The notes below the pieces were generated by a model. The model was not told the DNA's origin. It made no database searches and saw only the letters and a list, made by a program, of their open reading frames with translations. Shown here piece after piece: positions 1 to 12,000 of a stretch of DNA of 64,000 bases. How positions within the stretch are numbered: the stretch's first letter is position 1; each line of letters begins with the position of its first letter. The stretch is from an uncultured Elusimicrobia bacterium (GTDB lineage: Bacteria; Elusimicrobiota; Elusimicrobia; 2-01-FULL-59-12). Where the stretch lies: the NCBI GenBank assembly GCA_963702895.1, contig OY969767.1:768001-832000 (forward strand), written 5' to 3'. The translations under genes were made by a program, and so were the position numbers.

Positions 1-3000
1 GACTCCTCCGGCAGGCCGCACCAGCTCCTGCGACGCTACCAGACCCAGCGGGCGCTCTCGGATGATCCCGGCAGGAAATACTGGGTGCCGGTGGAAGTGA
101 CGGACGTGCTCAAGGACGACTGGTCGCGATTGGAGTTCTACAACGCGCGCGGAAATCTTGTGGAGCTTTACGAGCCGTCCGCGTCGGACAAGCACAGCCG
201 GGACGGGATCCATTGGACCAGAGTCGAACGGGACCGGCAGGGCCGGGAAACAAGCCGTGACGTGTACTACTCCGCTTCCGGGGCGATGCCGCGCGTCGCC
301 AGGGTGGATGACCAGGGCCGCCCGGTCTACGAACCGGCTGAGTTGGCCCGGCTTGAACACATGCTGCATGCCAGCATCGGGGGCACCTATCAGGGAGCGC
401 CCATCCAGCGTTACAACCCGGCGGACGGCAGCGCCAACGTGATCATGGAGGACCTCGTTCGCCATCAGACGAGCCTGGAGCGTTACAGCGTGAACGGGCG
501 CCTGAGCGAGCGCACGGTCGGCCGGGAACAGACCTTCTTCGATGCCTCCAAGCCGGTGGAATGGCCCACCCACAAGATCGATACGGTGAGCGGAGAACGT
601 TTGGAAGAGTACGTGGTCATCAACGATCCCAAGGAGATGGAGCGTTACGGGCGTCCGGCCAAAGCTGGCATCGATTACAACATCGTCTCCTCTGGCGTCA
701 TCCTCGTTCGTAGCCACGTGACGCTCTCCAGCAGGGTCGAGATCTATGAACTGGCCCGCGTGACGAGACGCGTGGCCACCCAAGGCACCCTGACGGAGAT
801 CACCAATATCACCTACAGGCCAAACGGAATCGAAGAAGCTTACGATGTCACCGTTTCCAAAGACGGCCGGACCATTGAGCGCCGCCACGTCGAAGACCTG
901 TGGTGGGAGCCCGGAACGGGCATCGGCCATGGGACCGAGACGAAACTGGATACCGGCGAGAAAGTATCCCGCTTGGTTGACATAAACGGTCATCTTTTGG
1001 CCGAATTCTCGGTTGGCCGGGACTTTGGCACGCTCACTTTCGTAGACCGCGATCCGAAAACAAACCATGAATCCGGCCGCCGCACCTACGGCCTGCATCG
1101 CAACGCTGTGAATCTCGACCCCGTTGATCGGGAAAATCTCACGCTGGCCAAGCTCATTGCGCTCTCGAGCAACCCGAGCCTCGCGCAGCTGCGCTCCGGC
1201 TCAGGACCCCCGGTTTATCACGTGGATGGAACGGTGACGGTGCCGATGTGGGATGTTCAAGTGGATGAGAATGGAAACGCGGTTGGAAAAGAATTTCGAG
1301 TCGATCATCGCGACAGCCTGGGACGGCTCCTGCGGCAGGAACGCGGCGACTTCACCATCGAATTTGATCCTGCCCAGCCGGTGGAAGTGCCCCTCTTCAA
1401 ATACCGCACCGCGGATCCCAAGAAGACCCCGGTGGAAACCTATGAGGTCCGTCTCCATCGCACCTTGCTGGGGCGTCTCACGCTGGGGCTTTTCGGACGG
1501 ATCACTGGAACGACGGTCGTTACACGCGACCTGCTCCACAACCAGACCTACGAAGATTCGTATGACCTTTTCGATCCTTACCAAGATCGGCACACCGTTC
1601 GCGACGTCGCTCACGGTGTCACCGGTGTTTCGACTCCTGTCTTCAATTCCTTCGGTCTCCGGACCGGCACCCTCACGGTGTACACCTCACCGGAAGGCCA
1701 GGAAACCACCGAAACACAGATCGAGCGGGGCGGCACCCAAGAGGACCCCTCCACCATCACGCGCGAGGACAATCTCACAACAGGCCTGAGCCTCCGCCGG
1801 CAGACCGATGCCAGCGGCAGGGTGGTGAAGGAAGCCACAGTCAACGCGAAATTCAATACGGTCACCTTCGTCGATTACGACAGCGCGGGCGAGGAAGCCG
1901 CCCGGCGCACCTATCCTGTGCCCGGCGGCATGAGCATAGACCCCGAAGCGTTTGCGCGGCTGTCGGAGCGCGAGGTTGTCTTCGCCCTGCTGGGTCCGGA
2001 GCGCGGCGCCTTGGCGATGGCGGACCGCGTGTCTCGTCCGACCCTGATCCGTTCCGAGGCGCCGCGCTACCGCGCCGACGGGTCCTTTGACCAGGTGCAG
2101 TACGATGCGGTCTATGATGAAAACGGCGAGTTTATGGGGGAAATCAGGAAGGAACAAGTTCGCAGCCGCCTCGGACGACTGGTCACGGAAAAGGTCGGTG
2201 TCCCGGCGACAGGCATTTACGTCACGACCTACAACGCCCGCTGGTCCGTCGCCTTCCCTGTCGAGAAAACCGCAGACGGCCATCCGATGGAACGCTACAC
2301 CCTGCGCCTCGGCCCCGGGATCCCCGGCTTCGACTGGACCGCTGCCATCCTGGATGTCCGGAACACCCGCGACAACAAACAATGGACGGACACCTACGAC
2401 GTCTTTGTTGGCTTGGTGGAGCATGCGATTGCCGGCACCCAGAATGGCGCCTCCGCGACCGAGCGCACCCGCCCGCTGCGCAACGCCCTTGGGATCGTGA
2501 TTGGCGGCGAGACCTTCTTTGAATACGAGAACGGCGAAAGCATCAAGATTTACGACGACCGAAACGTCGGTGTCAACGCCGAAAGGCAGGAAGTGACCGT
2601 TCGGCGGCGGATGACCGCTCCCGCCTCCGTCCGCGGCGAACGTCTGCGCGAAATTACTCCGTATGACGCCTTGATCCTCCAGGCGGCCGGGGACACCGGT
2701 GTTTCCGAACGGTTACTGAAGTCAATCATGCAGGTCGAATCCAGTTTCATAGAGACCGCCCAGTCCGAGAAGGGGGCCAAGGGTCTGATGCAGCTGCATC
2801 TGCCGGAGGGGGATGCGGAAGCCGCGGAATTCTGGCGGACCAACTACGGCGTGAGCGATCCATTTAATCCTGAACAAAACGTCCGAGCCGGGAGCCGGTA
2901 TTTTAGAGACCTACTGGAGCGTTTCAACGGCGATACGGATAAGGCATTGGCGGCCTACAACGCTGGGCCGGGCGCGGTGGAACGGGCGGCGAAAAAATGG

Positions 3001-6000
3001 GCTGCGCAGGTTCCTGGCCGAGACTGGCGGCAGGCCGCGTTCGATCAGCTTTTCCCCTATCTGCCCGTGGAAACGCAGAGCTACGTCTTCAAGGTGACGG
3101 ACCTGGAAGCGGGTTCGCCGGCGCCCGTGGGAACAGCAAACCTTGTCAACGGGTCGATCGTTTATGATGTGGAAAACCGACGGATCAATTCCGGCAGTGA
3201 CCTGGTCGGAATCAGCAACGCCCGCTTCACCAGCGGGATCCACCTCGAACACGCCACCGGCCGCCATACCAGCACTCAGATCCAGCGCGCCACCGGACGG
3301 GTGGTCGTCACCACGATGCTTGATCCTCGGACGCAGACGTCGGAATCGACTTTCTGGTACGACCATGCCCGCCAAATAGAGGCCAGCCGGAGAGTCCAGC
3401 GGCTGAACATCTTTGACCGGCCGGAATCCACTCAGGCGAGCATCAGCCTGAACGGGACAAGACAATTTCGGACCGTCTCCAACCTCACCTACAACCGGCG
3501 GATTCCCACGGCGGTCGGAATGGCGCTGACGCTTCCTGCCGATCCCGTCACCGGAGAGCCGGTGTCGCTGCGGGACCTGGCGCAGCGCGACCCAGCCCAC
3601 TTAAAGAGCAGCCTTCTGCCGCAGCTCACGCGGGACACTGTGAGCGTGATGTCCGGCGGTCTCACCTCAGTTGACCGCGTGAACCTCGTGACCGGCCAAG
3701 CGGCTAACGAAACCCGTCTCTATGGCGACTGGCTCATGGATCGCACCGACCCCGAAGCGTGGGAACAGGAAATCACCTCTTACGATATGGACCGTGGCTT
3801 TAGCTATCCCGTTTTTACAGTGAACGGTCTGGGTGAATTGATCAAACGCTACACCGTCCGGGAAATAACGCTGGATGGCCGGATTGTGCTGGAGGTCACG
3901 GCGCACAAACTGGAGCCGCAGCTCAAGCAGGGACCGAAAGGCCAGTTAACTCCCGAGGAGGCACGGCGGCCGGCGATCGATACGGTGTTTGCCTTTTTGG
4001 AACCTACCGGGCTGGACCGGGCGTCCGAGGCCTTCAACTTCCATGAGGCGAGAGAGCTGAATGCGCGTGGCGATGAAACAGAAAGTACCAAACGACGAAC
4101 CCGGTTCAAACACAAAGATCCCGTTACCGGGGAGACCCAAGAGACGCCGTGGTTTGAATCGTCCTCTTTCCCCCGCAAGCGCGGAGAGATTTCCGGTCAT
4201 GTCGAAGTCGAAACGGTCGAGAACGGTTCCGAACTCCAGGTGACCCTGCGGACGGGCAATCGGATCAGCACGGCCGGGGAGCGCTATGTGGACGCCCAGC
4301 ATTTCCAGATCGTCGTCGAGAGGGATGGCGCCGTGCAGCTGCAGCCGACGGGAGGCTTGATCCCGGAGGCTGTCCTGGAGAGTGAGGTAACCATCCAAGT
4401 GGATGGTCGAATGGTTTTGGTCGACACTCTGCGCGCTCTGGTCAACCGGAATCTTAGAATTAGCGCGCCAAAATATCGGGGAGGCACCGAAGCTCTCGGT
4501 TCGGCGGTGGTGGTGCGTCTGACGGGTGCCGCGGGCACGTTCTTGCCCGACGATGTCGCCGACCGCCAACGCATTTTGACCCAGACCCAGGATCTAGTTT
4601 TCGATACCACTTTTCGCCGGGAGTTTGATCTGCGGGGACGGATCACCAAAAGGGAAATCGCCATCCCCAGTGCCGAGCCGCAGGAAACCACCCGGGACGG
4701 TCTGGTCAGCGTGCAGCAGCGGCCCGAAGGCAGCAACTGGTACACCACCGAGTTCGATTACGGCGCCCGGAAGGACAGTCTTTATGAACAGATGGCCATG
4801 CGCGTGAATGATCAAGTCATCGACCGGGCCTCCTTGAATCGCGATGCCCAAGGTGGGGCTCGCGTGACTCGGGCGGGCGATTTGAACCTTCCCGCGGAGG
4901 TCATGCAGGCGCTGCACTGGACACAGAATTCCCGGCTGGTTTCCTATCGCCACGTGGTGCCGGACCGACAGAATCCGAATGAACCTTCGGTGGCCCGCTA
5001 TTTTGATGAGTATGTTCTTCCGAACTCTGGGTACGGCACGATCATGGTGGAAATCACCCCCGCCGGCACGCAGGGCCGTCACTGGACCCTCGTGCGGACT
5101 TTCCCGGGCACCGACATCTGGTTCCGGTCGACGCTCTATTACCGCAATAATCAAGGCCAACTGGAATGGATCAAGCGCGCCGAATTAAATGTGGACAACC
5201 GCGGTGTGCCCGGCGTCGCTCCCGAACTGCTGGTGGAGCGCGTGACGGATCCTTTGCTCCGCCAGGGCCTGGAGCGGTTTATCGACACCACCATTACCAC
5301 CCGATGGGGCCATACCTATCACGAAATCACGGTGCCCTATCATCCGGTGGGACGCCTGGCCTACAGCTTCCTGGACGGGAACTGGGCCATCAACACCGAG
5401 AATTCCCGCGGGGATTTCCTCGGTGTGGTCAGCCGCGTCAATCCGACGGACGGACGCGCCTACCAGGTGACCCAGACCGAACCGCTCATTCCCACGGGAA
5501 CGGGCTCGCCGGTCCTTTCGGCCCCGATTGGATTTGACCGGGACGGGCATAAAATCTATCTCACGCATGCTGTCGCTAAATCGTTCGGGTGGCGTCAGGG
5601 CGACCTGAGAAGCGCCGCCGGATACTTTCTTAACCCGAACCAAAGATGGTATGTGATGCAGCGCGATCAGGATGTCCTCAATCGGATCGACAAAGAAATC
5701 CGTGGTGATTACACGCTGGTCAATATCTACCTGGATTACCCTTCTGATCAACACCCGCACAATCTGTCGATCGATCGGCTTGATCCCGTGGCCCGGCGAC
5801 GAGCCGAGGCCGCGGGCATCAAACATTCCGCCGTGCCGTTCATGACTCTAATTTTCGACAACCGCGGGAAATCCCCCGAGGATGTCCTCAGGATGACGAC
5901 CGCCGAATTCTTGTCGTCGAACGGCGTCGACAACTTCTTGCGCCGGCAAGGCATCCAGGCAAAAGGTTTGGAGGGAATCAAAGAGTGGGCGGCCCGGCCC

Positions 6001-9000
6001 GCGACATCGATTGATGATTTAGGGACCATGCCGGGGGTGATGGTAGCCAAACGCTGGGCTGGCAATACCAACCTCCTGGTTGATCACGTCAGCGGCCTCC
6101 CCATGAGCATGCTGAATCGCTTCGAAGGGACTGAAGTCGCCAGCCGCTTTGCACGGCGTTTGACTGGCAAGGATCTAAGAACGGTCGTTTCGGAACTGGC
6201 AGGGACTTTGGATCCAGCCAAGCAGCAAATAGCACTGACGCAGATCAAAGGATTAAAAGATGACGCCATTGCGCCGGATGTGTTGACGCGCGCATTGCGC
6301 CTTCTGGATCCGAAGCTGGCTCGCCGCCTCGATGAGTTAACGAAGCCGCCAAGCCGGCAGGAAACAACGAAGGTGAACATTTACGAATCGCGCGACGACA
6401 AGGAAAAATCGCTGCGCTTTGAAGCGTTCCGTGCCAGCGGCCAGTCTCTGTGGAGCGTTTATGAAGGATCATCGGACAGTCCTGGTCACAAGCGGTTGTT
6501 TTTTGACGAGTACGGGGAACCGGTGGCTGACGAAGTGATCAGCACCATCGAACTGGGAAACATTCTTGCCGAACGGCTGGCCCCCTACCCATTCAATATC
6601 TACGACATCGTCTATGAACCCCTGGAGGGCGGAGGAATCAATCCGAACATCGCGATGGTCTACGCCTACGATGTGCGGCCGACGGCGGGGAATCTTCTGC
6701 AGCGTTACCTGCTGGGCCCGGTCAACGGGATTCCCTGGCAGCGCTGGGAATACGGCCGGCTCACGGAGGTGGTGCACAACTTCTGGATTACGGAAACCAA
6801 GTCGGGAGCACCCGGCCCTCAAGGCATTGTGGGACAGATTCTGGCGCCACAAAACAGAGGTCTCTGGGATCGTGTGCGAAGGAGTCCAACGGGTCAGATC
6901 ATAGGGCGAACGTATGACAGTTTCGCTGACTTCGTCCAGAGAAACTTCGATCTCATCAAGAAGGCGCTGCCCAACGAGAATGCTGTGCAAAATCCGCCGA
7001 AGACGCCGTCCGCGCAGGTTCCGCAAACGCCTCCTGCGCCGGCGTCACCCGTTAGAACGCCGGTCCAAGTTGCGCCGCCGCAGGGGACCCCACCGCCAGG
7101 CCGTGGCGGAGAGGCTCAAAATCAGACCGCGACGCCGAACCCGGAGACCACGGGGAGCCGAACTAAAACCGCTGCGCGCATCTTGACCGTTGCGCTGGCG
7201 GTGTTGCTGGGCGGGGCTCAGACGCTCTTAGCCCAAACGGTCGTTCCCGCTGCCACCGGATTACCGGAAAAGCTTTCCATGCCTTCCCATCTGCTGCACA
7301 TGCCCAACGTAGCGTTGGACTCCAACGCCATGTTAACGGCGGCGTGCGCCATCCTGGTAGGAGCCTGGGCGCTCAACCGCATTCGCAGACGTATCGGCCA
7401 GATCCGGGCGATTCCGTCGCGTCCCGACTTGAACGTCGCTCCCGAACGCCTGACGGTGAACGAACTCCTGGCCTCTCCGGACCCGCAGACCTTCCGGGCG
7501 AACCTGTCCCGGGCGTTTCCTGAAGTCAATCGAGGGCTGCAGCAATTGATGGACCAAAACCTGCTCACTCCCGAGAAATTGCGCACCGTGATAGCAGACC
7601 AGGCGAGGACAATGGGGGAAGGAGATCTGCGAGGGCTCCTGAACGAACGGTACCTGGGATTGGAAGTCCTGCAAAAGGTCATCGATGATATCTATAGGCC
7701 GATGATCAACGGTTACTTCAATGAATATGGTTTGACCGAGAACGAAGAGGATTGGGCCCGTCTGGGCATCCTCAAGACCGACCCTGTTGTGCGCAACCGC
7801 CCCCTCGACATCCGCGACGACATCACGCGGAAAATGCTCGACCGGATCCGGGAAGGGCTGCTGGTGGATCCCCGCGACCCGCGCGAGAACCCCGTCGCGG
7901 TTCAAAGAGACGATGGGTATCCGGGTGATGACGGACTCACGGTGCGCGTGCGGCGGTCGGTCCAGGAAGAGGCCTCCGGTTGGGTGGATTACAGCCTGCG
8001 CCGCTTCCACCGCGAGCAGCTGTTCGGCTTTCTAGTCGGCGGCCACCAGCTTCAGCAGGGTTTCCTGGAACATACTCTCTTGGACGCCGATCTATTCGAG
8101 CAGCGCCTGCGCGATGAGGGTCGCGCGGGTCAAGGCCGGACCCCTCCGACGGGCTGGTTGAGCGAGATCCTGACACGGACCCGGGACAAGGCCTGGCGGG
8201 AAATGTTTGTTTTGACCGTGGAGCTGAACGAACAGCTCAGCGCCAGGATCCGCAAAGGATTCGGCATGAACGACCGGACCCTTCAGCGCATCGACGGCCC
8301 CCAGGAGCAAATCTGGCGCCTGCTGCTGGAGGAAGAATATTGGAACTACCTCTTCGACTATGTAGGGTTTAATGATCCGTACGAGGTTTTGGGCGTCACC
8401 AAAGCGCACTTGGAAAGCCTTGTGGTGGATCGCGCGGGCACGACGTTGGGAGATCTCTTGTCTCGCCGCGGGTACAACCGGGAAATTGACCCCGCAAACA
8501 TCCGAGACGGGCAAACCACGTGGACAAACCTGGCACCGTCCGCCGTCCCGTCCGCGGCGCTCCTGCGGCGACTTATGCAGGGCCTCTCGCCATCTCAGCG
8601 CACTGTATTGGTCCAGGAGATCGTGGACACCAAATTTATCCCCTTCTTGATTGCTCATTGGAAGGGAGGGCTCAATGTGAAGGAAGTGCGCGCCATCGCC
8701 GCGGAGATGAATTTGGAGCCGGCCATCATGGCGCAAGTGAACGATATTTTGCGGCGGCATCTGGACACCCTGCGCGGACAGGGAATTGATGTAGACCGCT
8801 ATGGGGATTACCAGATGGTGCCCGAAGACGCCATCCGGACGGCCATGGAAGCCGGCGTGCAGCGTGAAGTGGTGGAACCCGGCGCCGGTCCCCTGGGAGA
8901 TATCAAGCGTCTCCATTCTTCTCTGAGAAGGGGACTGCAGCCTCAGCTCAAGAGCGAAGTCGAGCAGGCTGTCCGAATGAAGCTTCTTCCCCAATTCGAG

Positions 9001-12000
9001 ACCTTCCCTCGGCGTTACTTCAATCCCGTGAGGCTGCCGTTGTTCTGGAAGTCCGGAGTGCGGTGGGCCCTTACGGCCGGGGCCTCGATCTTCTTTTCCT
9101 TGTGGTCGGTGGGACAACCGTTCCTGGGAATCGCCAGCCCTTTTGGGCGCCTGTTCAGCGATGTTCTGGGCGTGGTCGCGGTACGGCACGCCCGCTGGCT
9201 GCTCGTTCCTCTGTTTGATTCTGGCAGCGGTTGGACCATTGGATCACTTCTCATCATTGGCTTGGTGGCGATGCCTCTCGCCTGCGCGGTGTCCTACTTA
9301 TTGTGGAGGCTGGTGTTGCGCTTCGAAGCGCCGATCAACCGGGGAGTCGCCGGTTGGGTGGCGCGGCACGGCCGGGGTCGTCCCGGCCTGATCAATGAAA
9401 TGCTGGAACAGCACATTGACCCGCGGTTCCGCTGGGCCGGTGAGGGTCTCTCAACAGAGGAATGGAACAAACTCTCGCCGGAATCCCAGGAGTGGATCAG
9501 GCAGAGCATCCGAGGCCTGAGGTTCTGGATTGGAAGACTTCTGCCGGCTTTCGCGATCACCATGCTCACGCTGATGAGCATTTACGCGGTACCGGCCGTC
9601 GAAGCGCAGACCGGATTGGGCCCGGTCCTGTTCAACATCTTTGCGATGGGCGGGATGTATGTGCTTTGGGCTTTGTTCACGTATGTGCTGGTGCGCGCTT
9701 TCGGCATGATGGGACAAGCTTTTGTCGCTGCCCGCAGCCACCGCGAGGTGGGCCGGTTCACGGTGCCGACGCGCTGGGAATTGCAGCAATCCTTGAATCT
9801 GTTCCGCAGCCGGGCCGGGATTACGACACCGCAGCCGGCCTCCTTCTGGCGGAACCTGGCGCGTCCGCTGACCCTCGCGGTAATCGTCCTGGGTCTGCTG
9901 GGGATGTTGGCGGCGCTGTTCGGATTCCCGGGGACCGATTGGCTGAACACGGTCCTTTGGCAATGGATTTCCCAGGCCGCGACGTTCCAGGGACAACCGC
10001 TTGCGACAGCGGGATTCGGCCAGCTTCCGGACATCACCGTAACCGTACGCGGGCTGCTGGCTTCCGCCAGCGGGCTGGTGGCGGCCATGGGTGCCGTGTA
10101 TGCGTGGGCGAGACACCGGGAAATGTCCAAACGCTTCGGTTTCTACAACTACCAACTGGCCGGGATGTCGGAAGAGCGCACCCGGGCGCGCTCGATCAAG
10201 CTTTACGCGCGGGTGGTGGACAAGCTCCTCGAGAAATCGCGCATCAGCGCGGAGCAGCACCGGATGCTTCGTCAATACGTTGTCCCGCGGGGTCTGACCG
10301 AAGAAGCGGAGGAAGAATTGAAGTTCTTCATGAACACCTTCTTTACCAAGCGTGATGGCAAAGAAGGTGTTCCCGAAGCCGCACTCCCCTGGGAAGCCGC
10401 GCCGCATCTGGTGGACCAGCTGCAAAGCTACACGGAAATTGTGAGTCCCACGATCGCTGGTCTGACGGCGCTGGTTGGCTACAACGCGGGCGCTCCGCTT
10501 GATCCGCAGAAAAATCCAGCTCCGGGGGCGCGTGCCTATGCGCAGGAAATCCAGAATTTCGCCATCAAGATTTACCCGGCGGACTGGCGCCATTTTGTGG
10601 ACCGAATGCGCCAGATCAAAGGGCGGTGGCTGGAAGACGTGCAAAGGCAGCATGGAGTGGGCAGCCCCGAGGCTTTGGAAGCGGAGCGGAAAATTGACGC
10701 CGACATCGCGGCCCTGGCCAGCCTCGATGAGAACACCGTTTTAATGGTGCTCAATGACCCTGCCCACCTCACCCCCGATGAGGAGAAACTCCAGAGGGCC
10801 TTCGCCCTGGCGGGGTATCCCCATGTGGCGTTGATGCATGCGGGCAACGCGCCTCTGATAGAGGAAATAATTCTCTGGACCACCCCCAAAATGGCGGTGG
10901 TGCGGCGCGCGGTGGAATCGGCGATGCTGACTCGTCAGGTCATGCGGGAATGGGCCGAAGAGGAGCTGGCCGACACGCCGGAAGCCGTGGCTTTGCGCAG
11001 CCGATTTGGCCCCGATTTGGATATCGAAGGCCGTGAAAATCCGGAGCGGGCAGCGCTGCGCAGAAAACTTCGAATTTGGGTGGATGCTATGACCGACCAG
11101 GGACGAAAAGCCAAACTCCTGGATGAATTGAACCGCACGGGATGGATGACGCTCACGTGGCTGACCGATACCGAATTTAATTCCCTTCTGGCGATGCGAG
11201 ATCCCCAAGCGCCTGGACGGCCGCTGTTGAGCAACGATGAAGATCGCTATCTCCGGCTCGATCGAACCATAAACCAAGTTCTGGAAGAGCGCTACCAGAT
11301 GAATTACAACGCCGGCCGCGTCGACCGAGATTGGTTAAGAGAAACCGCGCAACGGCCGGATTACCAAAGGACCGTCCAATACAATGGCTTGTCCGAAGGC
11401 GGCTTGACCCAGAATTACACCTGGGATCAGCTCAATGATTACCATTTTGAGCATCCGGACCGGATTGATGGGTTGACGCTCTTGGAAAGCCTGATGGCGG
11501 CTTACCCAGGAGAATGGGTACGGTTTGTGGATTGGTTGAGGGACCGTTCGCCCAATGCGGATGTGAGAAGAGAGGTCGGTGAAAAACGCGACACGTTGGC
11601 GCATGGAGATCTCGACGGCATTTCCCAGGCGCTTCGCGATCAATTCACGCTCTGGGCAAATGTGCATCCCGGGTTTCATATTTCCACCGATTATATGGGC
11701 AATGATCCCACGGATTGGGCGCGTTTGATGGGGACGGGGATGCTCCGGTTCAATGAAAGCCTGGCTCCGTATAAAGCGTCCTTGTGGACAACGACCGCAC
11801 GCTACCTTACCTCGGCCGTCTTCTACAACGACGCCACGCAGCACCGGGAATTTGACCGTACACTGCTCATCCCCAATGTGATGTCGGAATGGAACAAACC
11901 TCAGTACGGATTCATGTTGATGCCGATGGACGTTGCAGCGCGGGATCTGACGCCCGTCAAAGCCAGTCAGTCTATTGGCGAGAGGACTTGGACGTTCATG

